A DNA stretch of 23,054 nucleotides from Candidatus Thorarchaeota archaeon (GTDB taxonomy: Archaea; Asgardarchaeota; Thorarchaeia; Thorarchaeales; Thorarchaeaceae). Within the stretch, counting starts at the first letter, position 1; the number at the start of each line of letters is the position of its first letter. A program made the position numbers and the translations under genes. The notes under the pieces were generated by a model. That model was not told where the DNA came from. It worked only from the letters and a program-made list of their open reading frames with translations, and searched no databases. The stretch is taken from positions 1-23,054 of the forward strand of contig JBHLRZ010000043.1 of the NCBI GenBank assembly GCA_048882045.1, in the 5' to 3' direction. Below are positions 9,008-17,733 of this stretch, in pieces.

Positions 9008-10456
9008 GTGAAATCAGAATTACTACAATCTGAAACTAAAATTACTACATTGTCTGGTGATGAGACTTTTCTTACAGAAGAAGCGGTAGAGAGTCTGAAA
9101 GGACAGATCCGCGGTGATGTGCTCTTGCCATCCGATGATGATTATGAACAAGCACGTAAAATCTGGAACGGAATGATTGACAAGCATCCTGCGCTCATAG
9201 TGCGTTGTACAGGTCCTGCAGATGTCATCGACGCCGTAAAGTTCGCACGCGAACATAGTATCTTAGTGTCTGTCCGAGGTGGTGGACACAATGTTGCTGG
9301 TAATGCATTGGTTGACAATGGGATGGTGATTGACCTCTCCAAAATGAAAGGCATTCATGTGAATCCTAAATCCCGCATCGTACGTGCCCAAGCCGGTGCC
9401 ACTCTTGGAGATCTTGATAGGGAAACCCAGGTCTTCGGTCTAGCCGTTCCGTCCGGCATTGTGACTACGACCGGGATTGCCGGTCTTACACTAGGCGGTG
9501 GATTCGGGTATCTGGCACGCAAACATGGTCTCTCGATTGACAACCTTATTTCGGTCGATATGGTCACTGCTGAAGGTGAATTCCTTACAGCTAGTAAGAA
9601 GGAAAACGAAGACCTCTTCTGGGGATTGCGTGGAGGAGGAGGTAATTTTGGCATTGTCACTTCGTTCGAATACAAATTACAAGAAGTAGGTCCCATGGTT
9701 CTTGGTGGGATGCTTCTCCATTCTATGGAAGACGCTACAGAGTTCTTACGTTTCTATCGGGATTTCATCGCAGACGCCCCTGACGACCTTTGTGTTGTTC
9801 CACTTCTCCGATTAGCCCCACCAGCACCATTCTTACCAGAAGAGGTCCATGGGAAGCCCGTGGTTGGGGTTATAGTCTTGTATGCCGGGTCGATTGAGAA
9901 GGGAGAGAAACTAATCGAGCCTTTGAGGGAGTATGGAACACCATTGGTTGATGGAATTGGTCTTAAACCATTCAGAATGCTTCAATCTATGTTGGATACT
10001 TCTGCTCGACCTGGATTGAATTACTACGTCAAATCAGAGTTCCTCCCACCCCTGAGTGACGATGTTATTGATACATTGGTTGAACATGCTTCAAAAATCA
10101 CTTCGCCCCAAGCAGTCATTGCAGGATTTCATCTTGGTGGTGCTATTAGTCGAATAGATGAAGACGCAACGGCGTACTCACACCGAGATGCCTCTTATTC
10201 ACTTATCCTCAACACTGCATGGATAGATCCAAATGAATCAGAGAAGCACATTCAATGGACGCGTGAATTCTGGCAGGCATTACAACCGTATTCAATTGGT
10301 GGTGCCTATGTCAACTTCCAAAGTCGTGACGAAGGAGAGGATCGAGTCAAAGATACCTATGGAACAGCTAAGTTCGAGAAACTCTCTAAACTGAAGAGGA
10401 AGTATGATCCTCTGAACTTCTTCCGAATTAACCAGAATATCACACCGGCATCTTAA
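9008..10456 (+). CDS. FAD-linked oxidoreductase (FAD_binding_4 + berberine-bridge-enzyme-like domain)
   Basis: VRGGGHN (covalent-FAD His), GLTLGGG, LFWGLRGGGGNFGIVT, YVNF and LKRKYDP.N.F..NQNI motifs. Confidence 0.95.
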   Translation: MKSELLQSETKITTLSGDETFLTEEAVESLKGQIRGDVLLPSDDDYEQARKIWNGMIDKHPALIVRCTGPADVIDAVKFAREHSILVSVRGGGHNVAGNALVDNGMVIDLSKMKGIHVNPKSRIVRAQAGATLGDLDRETQVFGLAVPSGIVTTTGIAGLTLGGGFGYLARKHGLSIDNLISVDMVTAEGEFLTASKKENEDLFWGLRGGGGNFGIVTSFEYKLQEVGPMVLGGMLLHSMEDATEFLRFYRDFIADAPDDLCVVPLLRLAPPAPFLPEEVHGKPVVGVIVLYAGSIEKGEKLIEPLREYGTPLVDGIGLKPFRMLQSMLDTSARPGLNYYVKSEFLPPLSDDVIDTLVEHASKITSPQAVIAGFHLGGAISRIDEDATAYSHRDASYSLILNTAWIDPNESEKHIQWTREFWQALQPYSIGGAYVNFQSRDEGEDRVKDTYGTAKFEKLSKLKRKYDPLNFFRINQNITPAS

Positions 10457-10497
10457 GGATGAATCGGCCTTGGATGTCCTGAATAGAAAGAATGGAC

Positions 10498-10602
10498 GAG
10501 AGGGGGGAGTTCTCCTCTCTATTCACAAATGTATTAGAAAGAAGAGCTCATACCGCTGAGAATGGAATTAATTGCTAGTAGAGAAATTTAACGCGAGCCG
10601 TA
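10498..10602 (-). repeat. Possible highly eroded array repeat R3 (hairpin plus weak core)
   Basis: GAGAGGGG-GGAGTT-CTCCTCTC hairpin of the same style as other copies. AAATTTAACGCGAGCCGTAA lies about 74 nt downstream, resembling the core GAATATCTCGCGWGCCATGA (65-68 nt in intact copies). Confidence 0.35.
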
Positions 10603-10645
10603 AAAGGAATAATACTTTGTCACATCTTTATTTCACGGTGAAAGT

Positions 10646-10771
10646 ATGAAACTCGAAAGAATCACTGGCGATTATAGATCGATCGGAGAGCGACTTGGGT
10701 TACTACACAAACGGTCAGGTCCAAATGGTCAAAAGATGACCCCCAGTCCTTCAATACAGGAAGGACTTTAA
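10646..10771 (+). pseudogene. Short ORF, probable truncated gene start (C45-peptidase-like N-terminus?)
   Basis: GGTGA RBS, then MKLERITGDYRSIGERLGLLHKRSG...EGL* (41 aa). The G.Y..IG..LG pattern recalls C45 peptidase N-termini. Confidence 0.3.
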
Positions 10772-10781
10772 CATTCAGATA

Positions 10782-12086
10782 ATGGTCTTAGTCATGAATC
10801 TGGTTTCTTCATTCATTCAATCTTACCTCGATCAATTCAGTAATATTGGATCCGATGACAATGAAGGGCGAGCAGCCATAATCACCTCATTTTGGAACTC
10901 TGTTGAAAAGCAAGACTATCCAATCAAGGAGCCATATAAGGGAGAAATCATGCACACACCTTCTCTATATGAGATGGTCACCTTCTTGTATCGGTCAGAT
11001 GATGACCTCGACAATGTCTTCATACTCGCTATGTTCAATCATGTGACTCCTCAGGAATATGTGTTTGACCATATCGAGGGGACTGATATCTACTACAAGT
11101 CATTCATTCTACCCAAAGATGCTCAGGCTGAATACCGGATTATTGAGAATGACAAGCTGGGTGGAATCTTTGCAGGAGCTAAATATCAAGGCCGCTACGA
11201 AGCATTGCGAACACATCCAGATCCATTATCCCCACACATCCAGATATTTTCAGATATGTTCGGTCCTGGTCAAGAGGTAATGGTTGCACTTCTCCGAGAT
11301 AATGCACCGCATATCAAGGAACTCCTCACACCTGTGGATGGGGCCGGCAAGGTAATGTCCTATGAGTTGACAAGCAACATTCTTCATTATTCGAGAACAA
11401 TCAATGTTTACACTCCTCCAAATTATGATTCTAAAGAGAGATATCCATGCTTCATAATCCTTGATGGTTCTGATGCTCTCAAACATGGAAAAGTCAATAC
11501 TATCTTGGACAATCTGATTCTGAATGGAACGATACACCCTGTCATTGGTATCTTTGTCGACCCGGGAGTGAAAGACGGTCAAACTACGAGGTACGAGGAG
11601 TTTGCACTCAGCCATGATTTCGCAAATTCAATGGTCAATGAAATCATTCCCTTTGTTAGCGAACACTATCCTCTGAGTGAGATCAAATCGGATTATGTCA
11701 TATCGGGCTCTAGCTATGGTGGTCTTGCTGCCATCTATGTGGCATTTGAGTATCCAGATAAAATCAGGAACGTTCTATCCCTCTCTGGCTCAGTTCATTA
11801 TGGCGAAGGTGACGAGCATGAACTGCTGATCAAAAAGATTGCCTTCTCAGAGCGCAGAGATATCTTTCTGAAACTCTATTCTGGAAAACTTGAAGGAGAG
11901 TATCATTGGAATTCACCTGCTTGGGCCAATCAACTAGTAAGCACACGCCATTTGGAAACAATCTTGAAAATGAAGGGATACGATTTCTCATTCAAGGAAA
12001 CCGCAGGAGATCATAGCCTTGCAGCTTGGTTTGAGCCTCTTGTTGAAGGAATCATAGAGTTTTTCAGAGTCAAGATGAGCGATTAA
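10782..12086 (+). CDS. Enterochelin-esterase (Fes)-like alpha/beta hydrolase
   Basis: VTFLYR and PDPL.P N-domain, R.INVYTPPNY, LDG, nucleophile GSSYGG, VLSLSGS and GDH. Start may be 10794. Confidence 0.88.
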   Translation: MVLVMNLVSSFIQSYLDQFSNIGSDDNEGRAAIITSFWNSVEKQDYPIKEPYKGEIMHTPSLYEMVTFLYRSDDDLDNVFILAMFNHVTPQEYVFDHIEGTDIYYKSFILPKDAQAEYRIIENDKLGGIFAGAKYQGRYEALRTHPDPLSPHIQIFSDMFGPGQEVMVALLRDNAPHIKELLTPVDGAGKVMSYELTSNILHYSRTINVYTPPNYDSKERYPCFIILDGSDALKHGKVNTILDNLILNGTIHPVIGIFVDPGVKDGQTTRYEEFALSHDFANSMVNEIIPFVSEHYPLSEIKSDYVISGSSYGGLAAIYVAFEYPDKIRNVLSLSGSVHYGEGDEHELLIKKIAFSERRDIFLKLYSGKLEGEYHWNSPAWANQLVSTRHLETILKMKGYDFSFKETAGDHSLAAWFEPLVEGIIEFFRVKMSD

Positions 12087-12133
12087 AAAGAAACAGTGAG
12101 ATAAGGAAACCCTCTTTCTCTCATTCCACTTTT

Positions 12134-12200
12134 CTACTTCTGTTTCTCTTGCCTTTATGGCAGATAGTCAGGCCCGAGGATCTCACGTGCCATTATATTC
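12134..12200 (-). repeat. Array repeat R4
   Basis: Minus strand IMAREILGPDYLP*RQEKQK* (premature TAA). Imperfect GA/CT hairpin at about 12098-12120. Confidence 0.92.
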
Positions 12201-12327
12201 TGTTTTCTAATTTTCTCAATGTCAGTGTGAATTGTTTCAGGGATATCTTGCGTTGAATATTTCTCTTAAATATCATCATCATGCTCCAGGCAAGTTAATC
12301 ATCTATTGATGGCAATGAGTGATTGGA

Positions 12328-13395
12328 ATGAATTTAAAGAATGAAATCGGGCTTGCGTGTCTTCTTTTCTTGGTGATTGCAAGTTCTAGTGCCTTAGGAG
12401 TAAATGCAATTCAAATCGCTCAATCCAACGGTCCCGGCTATGATGTCACTGTCACTGAAACTCACGCTTTTGTGACAAATAACGATGGCGTGGCTGTCTA
12501 TGACATTCAGAACCCATCAGAACCAGATAGACTTGGACAGATTGATTTAGGAGGTGAAGCCCGTGGCATAGAGGTTATAGGGGACATCATCTATATCGCT
12601 GGTCTTTCGCACGGTTTGATTATTGCAGATATTAATGATAACCCAACTAATCCCATAATATTAGCAGAGTACACCCTTAGTGATTATATCAGTGAAGTCT
12701 GCATTTATGGTGATTATGCTTACCTCTCCTCTGGTTTTGGAGAGTTTCAAATACTGGATATTAGTAATCCTAGTACTCCTGTTGGCTTGGGACACCTTCC
12801 AATCTCCGAGTTGACTCTTGGAATTGCAGTTAGTGGTAGCACAGTCTATATCGCACAACCCAACAGCGGACTGAGGCTCATCGATGTTAGTAATTTGAAT
12901 TCACCATTCATCCTCTCATTGGTCAGTGGTACATCAGGAGCTCGTGATTTGCATGTTCAAGGAGATTTGCTGTATGTAGCTCGTGGTACCTCTGGAGTGA
13001 GCATCTTTGATATCTCAGATTCTTCGAATCCCATGCCTCTTGGACAATACAATGATGGAGGAAATTCATTCGGGATCCATGGTGACAGTCAATATCTATT
13101 AATTGCTGATCTTGAACAAGGTGTAGAGCTGCTGGATATCAGTAATCCAGAAACTCCTGTTGAAGTTGCACAACATGATGACGCTGCTCCACATGATCTC
13201 ATTTACAACAACTGCTATGCATATCTTGCAGACCAAGATGAAGAATTCCTAATTGTCAACTTTGAATCATCAATTTCTATCACAACTACAGGAGGATCAG
13301 ATAATTCATTACAATTCTTGTCTACCATCATTCCAATCGTCGGAGTATGCGCAGTAGCTATTTTCATCCTGAGAGTTTTGAAAAAACGGAGTTGA
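12328..13395 (+). CDS. LVIVD-repeat (beta-propeller) surface protein with signal peptide and C-terminal TM anchor
   Basis: Repeated V.G..Y.A....GL.I.DISNP..P units, N-terminal hydrophobic signal, TTT linker, TM segment plus KKR. Confidence 0.9.
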   Translation: MNLKNEIGLACLLFLVIASSSALGVNAIQIAQSNGPGYDVTVTETHAFVTNNDGVAVYDIQNPSEPDRLGQIDLGGEARGIEVIGDIIYIAGLSHGLIIADINDNPTNPIILAEYTLSDYISEVCIYGDYAYLSSGFGEFQILDISNPSTPVGLGHLPISELTLGIAVSGSTVYIAQPNSGLRLIDVSNLNSPFILSLVSGTSGARDLHVQGDLLYVARGTSGVSIFDISDSSNPMPLGQYNDGGNSFGIHGDSQYLLIADLEQGVELLDISNPETPVEVAQHDDAAPHDLIYNNCYAYLADQDEEFLIVNFESSISITTTGGSDNSLQFLSTIIPIVGVCAVAIFILRVLKKRS

Positions 13396-13460
13396 CTCTT
13401 GACTATTTAGGGAGCGAGAAAAGGAAAGTGGATGACCCTCTCTCGTTAAGAAATTTGAAG

Positions 13461-13527
13461 CTACATTTTTTTTTCTTGCCTGTACGGCAGAAAGTCCGGT
13501 CCGATTATCTCGCGTGCCACGACTATC
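13461..13527 (-). repeat. Array repeat R5
   Basis: Minus strand IVVAREIIGPDFLPYRQEKKM*. Imperfect hairpin at about 13415-13445. Confidence 0.95.
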
Positions 13528-13563
13528 CCAAAGAAGACCTAGGAAGTGCTCTTGATGTATTGG

Positions 13564-14886
13564 TCATAAATCCATATAGTATGTTCTCTCCCAGTCAGTC
13601 ACACTTTGTTTGAATTCAGACCATTCTGCTCGTTTGAGTCCCAGATATTTGCTAAACGCATGCTCGCCAAGAGTTTCCCTCATAAACTCACTCCCCTCAA
13701 ACTCATCTAATGCTTCACCGAGATCGGAGGGCATGGTTCTGATGTAGAATTGCTTAAGTTTGGCGTCATCGAAGTCAAAGACGTCCTCCTCCACTGGATT
13801 TGGAGGTTCTATTTTTTTCTCGATACCCCTTATTCCTGCTGCCAGCATAGATGCAAATGCAATATATGGATTGCAGCTCGGATCTGGACACCGAAGTTCC
13901 AGTCTTGTAGGCTCTTGTAGATCCTGGCCATGTTTTGGGACTCGAATCATAGCAGATCGATTTCGTTGTCCCCAGCAAATATAGACAGGTGCCTCAAATC
14001 CACCTAGTCTCTTATAGCTATTAACTGTTGGGCAGAGGATGGCCGCCATGTCTCTGACATACTCAAGCTGTCCACCCATGAAATGGTATGCGAGAGTTGA
14101 AAGCTGATATTGGTCGTCGTCATCATGAAACAGATTCTTGCCACTTTTGCTGAATACTGACTGATGTGTATGCATTCCACTTCCGGCCACACCAGACCGA
14201 GGCTTTGGCATGAATGAAGCGTAAAGGTTCCTGTTACTTGCAACTGTCTTGATTGCTTGCTTTGCGACCATGATATTATCTGCAATGCTCAAGACATTAC
14301 CATACTCGATATCAATCTCATGCTGACTAGGTCCGCACTCATGATGTGTCCCTCCTACATGGATATCAAGACCTTCCAAGGTAGAAACAATCATGGCTCG
14401 AATATCGACACCTAGGTCTCTTGGGGAGAAATCGAAGTAGCTCGCTCTATCATGGTAATCTCCTTGTTCCTTTGATCCAAAAACGAAGAACTCGATTTCA
14501 GGTCCAACTCTGTAAAACCAACCCTTTTCCTCGCTAATCCCTGAAACACGTCGCAGGATGTTTCGAGGTGCGCCTTCATATGGCGTTTTATCGCTTTCAT
14601 AGACATCACAAATGATTCTCGCCGCGTTTTTTCCATCTCGCGGCCAAGGTAACATGATGTAGGTCGTTGGATCAGGAATCAACAACATGTCACTCTCTTG
14701 GATTCTGGTGAAACCTTCGACAGAGGACCCATCAAACCACTTACCATGTTCTAGACAATTCTCCAAATCCCTCGGTGAAATAGTCACACATTTCAGTTGA
14801 CCAGTCAGATCTGAAAACATGAGGTCAATGAAACTAATCTCTTCTCTATTCACTCTCTCGAGCAGTATCGATTTCTTGTCACTCAC
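13564..14886 (-). CDS. glnA: Glutamine synthetase, type I
   Basis: FDGSSVEGF..ESDM, GPEIEFF, HHECGPSQHEI, FMPKP, GSGMHTHQS, NSYKRL, NRSAMIRVP and RLELRCPDPSCNPY motifs. Confidence 0.93.
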   Translation of the reverse strand: MSDKKSILLERVNREEISFIDLMFSDLTGQLKCVTISPRDLENCLEHGKWFDGSSVEGFTRIQESDMLLIPDPTTYIMLPWPRDGKNAARIICDVYESDKTPYEGAPRNILRRVSGISEEKGWFYRVGPEIEFFVFGSKEQGDYHDRASYFDFSPRDLGVDIRAMIVSTLEGLDIHVGGTHHECGPSQHEIDIEYGNVLSIADNIMVAKQAIKTVASNRNLYASFMPKPRSGVAGSGMHTHQSVFSKSGKNLFHDDDDQYQLSTLAYHFMGGQLEYVRDMAAILCPTVNSYKRLGGFEAPVYICWGQRNRSAMIRVPKHGQDLQEPTRLELRCPDPSCNPYIAFASMLAAGIRGIEKKIEPPNPVEEDVFDFDDAKLKQFYIRTMPSDLGEALDEFEGSEFMRETLGEHAFSKYLGLKRAEWSEFKQSVTDWERTYYMDL

Positions 14887-15010
14887 GGAATCATTACCAG
14901 TGATTGTAGTTCGTTCATACTATTTAACGGTTCTTTCAAACTCTGCATTCAATTTCTTTAGGACTTCAGTGTAAGAACAGGATTATCATATCTCAAACTG
15001 ATTTTAGAAA

Positions 15011-15079
15011 CTGCACCTGTTTCTCTTGCCTGAATGGCCGAAAGTCAGGTCCAAAGATCTCGCGTGCCATGACAATCTT
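15011..15079 (-). repeat. Array repeat R6
   Basis: Minus strand KIVMAREIFGPDFRPFRQEKQVQ (stop changed to CAG). Hairpin not evident. Confidence 0.95.
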
Positions 15080-15118
15080 CTTCCTTCTCAACAATTCACT
15101 CTAATCAACCATCAAATA

Positions 15119-15673
15119 CTACCTTCTCCTGACAAAGAACAGTATCAAGATGATGACTACTATGCCGCCTACTCCACCGATCACTTGAATAATTAGCGGG
15201 TCGATTCCATTAGGTGTTGTAGTTTCGTTTGACCAGTAATCGTAACCTGCGTCAATCCAAGCAGTGATTCCACCTAACATATTGAAAACTTTTGTAAAAT
15301 TGCTTGCTACAAGAATATCGCTACCTTCTTGACTTCTGACTCCGGTCCTGCAATAGACAATGATTTCCGTTTCATTATAGCTAGCAATTTCATCCAGTCT
15401 TGACTCTAGTTCACCAAGGGGTATTAGAAGAGCGTCATGTAGATGACCACTATCAAATTCCCATTGTTCCCTCACATCTAAAACAAGCAAATCAGGAAAA
15501 CCCGTGTTGTTGTTGATCATATCATTAGCTACATGGACAGAGATATCCGTTCTAATCGGATTATCATCTGACCAAACCATAGCACTTCCAGGGCTATAAC
15601 CCATCCAAGAAGCAAGCAACAAGATCGCCAATCCCACTATTTTGTAATCCAGTTTACCTAGCAAAGGGAACAA
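15119..15673 (-). CDS. Rhodanese-domain protein with signal peptide and C-terminal TM anchor
   Basis: LDVRE.WEF..GHL..A..IP, active-site loop YCRTGVRS, GGITAW. Both termini hydrophobic, ending RRR. Confidence 0.88.
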   Translation of the reverse strand: MFPLLGKLDYKIVGLAILLLASWMGYSPGSAMVWSDDNPIRTDISVHVANDMINNNTGFPDLLVLDVREQWEFDSGHLHDALLIPLGELESRLDEIASYNETEIIVYCRTGVRSQEGSDILVASNFTKVFNMLGGITAWIDAGYDYWSNETTTPNGIDPLIIQVIGGVGGIVVIILILFFVRRR

Positions 15674-15786
15674 ACCTCCGATATTATCAACATGTCCAGT
15701 AATCCTTCGATGAACGATACGTCACATTGCGCCAAAGCTCATAAGCGAATGCAAGTAATTTTGCATTAACTATTGTTAAAAACATT

Positions 15787-15835
15787 TTACTACAGCAAAT
15801 GGTTCGGTCCAAAGATTTCTCTGGCTATGACGATC
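15787..15835 (-). repeat. Array repeat R7 (divergent allele, truncated)
   Basis: Minus strand IVIAREIFGPNHLL**. Seven synonymous codon changes versus R10 (GCC, AGA, GAA, ATC, TTT, CCG, TTG). Confidence 0.8.
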
Positions 15836-15887
15836 ATTTCACTCATGAACTATACATATACCCAAAGCGTGACTAAATTTGTCTGCT

Positions 15888-17387
15888 TCAAGACGCCAGC
15901 TCCTCATCAAGTATAAGCTGATCCAGCTCTTGAATTCGTTTGATGATTTTCCTCCTGAGTGTCTTCACACCACGTGAATCAGTGATTTCGAGAGCCTGAC
16001 GAAGAGTTCCTAGTGCATCTCTGAGCTGTCCCTGATTCTGGTAGAATTCTGATTTGAATAAAGCAGCATACATTCTTACACCAGGCAAGTTATGGTCTAC
16101 TGCATGTTTTTCAAGTTTGGAAAGCCATTGTCCTTGTGCATAACGTTCCATACTGTCTGGCGATTGATTGACAAGAAAGAGTTCAGCTTGTGCCAACCGA
16201 AGAAGAGAAAGGCTCTGACCCAAACAGGACTGACGGCGTTCTGTGTTTTCGTGAGTTTTTGTGATATAGTCGAGTGCAGACAAGTAATCACCTTTTGCTA
16301 GTTCAATCATTCCATATACGAGATCGTAACCACCCAAATGTGCTTCTGAACCAGATTTTAGTATCATCTCGTGTACATCATTGAGATAGCGTTCGGCCTC
16401 ATCCAATCTGTTCAATAATGCTAATGCCATGGCTTTTCTATAATATAATACTGGCAGCTCGAGATTTCCAGCATATTCGAAACCCATGTTCGCCCATTCA
16501 AGAGCTTGTTGACCATCACCTAACGTAGAATAGATCCTGGAGAGTAAATTGCAGCAGGTCACGTCCAGTCCTATCATCTCTATGGCCTCAAGATGGCTCG
16601 AAATTGCGAGATCGTATTCACCAGCTGTTTCATATACAATGGCAAAATCGTTCAAGACTTCCGCTAGTAGATAAGGTATTTCTAAATCCTGAACCAGATG
16701 ATACAGTTCTTCATAATGTGCTAATGACTCCTGAATATCGAAGGCTGAAACTGCAAACGCCTTGTTAAGGAGGTTCATGTACTTGTACAAAGAATCATTA
16801 TGTAACTCAGCAAGGTCTTGGCCTCTTTGGAAGAAATCAATGGCGTCCTTTTTGGCCCCTTCTCTGAGACTTGGCATCCCCTCGAATGCGTAAATTAATG
16901 GTTCAAAACAGTTCAATTTTGGATTAGCTTCTGTCAAGCTCCTTGCCTTTTCAAGTGGTTCAAGTAGACTGTCGATGTCACCGAAAAAAGGCCAATGATA
17001 GAACGCGTGGAGAAGATGTAGCTCGATCATCATCCAATCATCTAGGGTTGGTTCCATCGCTTTGTCTATTGCTTCAACAACCGCATCATGATACTCTTCT
17101 TGATCCTTCTCAGCAGTTCTGTGACCATATGCCCAAGGCCTTACGCACGGTACATCTCTGTATTTTTCTTGAATTAGCTTCATGTTTTCTTCTGTTCTAG
17201 TCCACCATGCATGAACTGCTGAAATATAGGCCAGATTAACTGATGCCTCATTATCCAGAACAAAGGAACTCAATCGTTGTACAAAATTATAGTAACTGCT
17301 TGATTCCTCCATGAGTGAATTCAAGATGGACTTGCTCTCTTCATCGATGAATGGATAGTACTTTGTGATTGTCCCCATCGGCTTCAT
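15888..17387 (-). CDS. Tetratricopeptide-repeat (TPR) protein
   Basis: Helical repeats such as A.VY...GEYDLAI..H..A and A.AL..LNR.DEA..YL. Likely start MKPMGTITKYYPF at 17387. Confidence 0.85.
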   Translation of the reverse strand: MKPMGTITKYYPFIDEESKSILNSLMEESSSYYNFVQRLSSFVLDNEASVNLAYISAVHAWWTRTEENMKLIQEKYRDVPCVRPWAYGHRTAEKDQEEYHDAVVEAIDKAMEPTLDDWMMIELHLLHAFYHWPFFGDIDSLLEPLEKARSLTEANPKLNCFEPLIYAFEGMPSLREGAKKDAIDFFQRGQDLAELHNDSLYKYMNLLNKAFAVSAFDIQESLAHYEELYHLVQDLEIPYLLAEVLNDFAIVYETAGEYDLAISSHLEAIEMIGLDVTCCNLLSRIYSTLGDGQQALEWANMGFEYAGNLELPVLYYRKAMALALLNRLDEAERYLNDVHEMILKSGSEAHLGGYDLVYGMIELAKGDYLSALDYITKTHENTERRQSCLGQSLSLLRLAQAELFLVNQSPDSMERYAQGQWLSKLEKHAVDHNLPGVRMYAALFKSEFYQNQGQLRDALGTLRQALEITDSRGVKTLRRKIIKRIQELDQLILDEELAS

Positions 17388-17489
17388 TACCACAGAACTC
17401 CTGACCAATCCAGACCATAGATACTCCTCAACACTTTGTGAAGAATGTAATGGTTCTAAGAATATCTTTGTAGTTGAAGAACAAGTAGG

Positions 17490-17510
17490 GAGAGAGGAAG
17501 ACCCTCTCTC
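17490..17510 (-). terminator. Terminator-like hairpin beside R8
   Basis: Perfect 8-bp stem GAGAGAGG-AAGAC-CCTCTCTC, 16 nt beyond the repeat's stop codon. Confidence 0.6.
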
Positions 17511-17526
17511 AAAATGAATTTTAACC

Positions 17527-17595
17527 CTACATCTGTTTCTCTTGCCTATACGGCAGAAAGTCAGGTCCGAAGATCTCGCGTGCCATGACGATTCT
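17527..17595 (-). repeat. Array repeat R8
   Basis: Minus strand RIVMAREIFGPDFLPYRQEKQM*. Only 2 differences from R10 over I..stop, both synonymous. Confidence 0.97.
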
Positions 17596-17733
17596 CGGCA
17601 GACTTATGTCAAAGTCATGAGAATAGCCTAGTCTGAATGTTGTCATAGCAATGACATATCTCATAGAGTCCTTAGGCCAATCTCAAGGAACACAGCGACT
17701 TCTTGTATTTCAACACAATTAGGAAAGGAGAGA

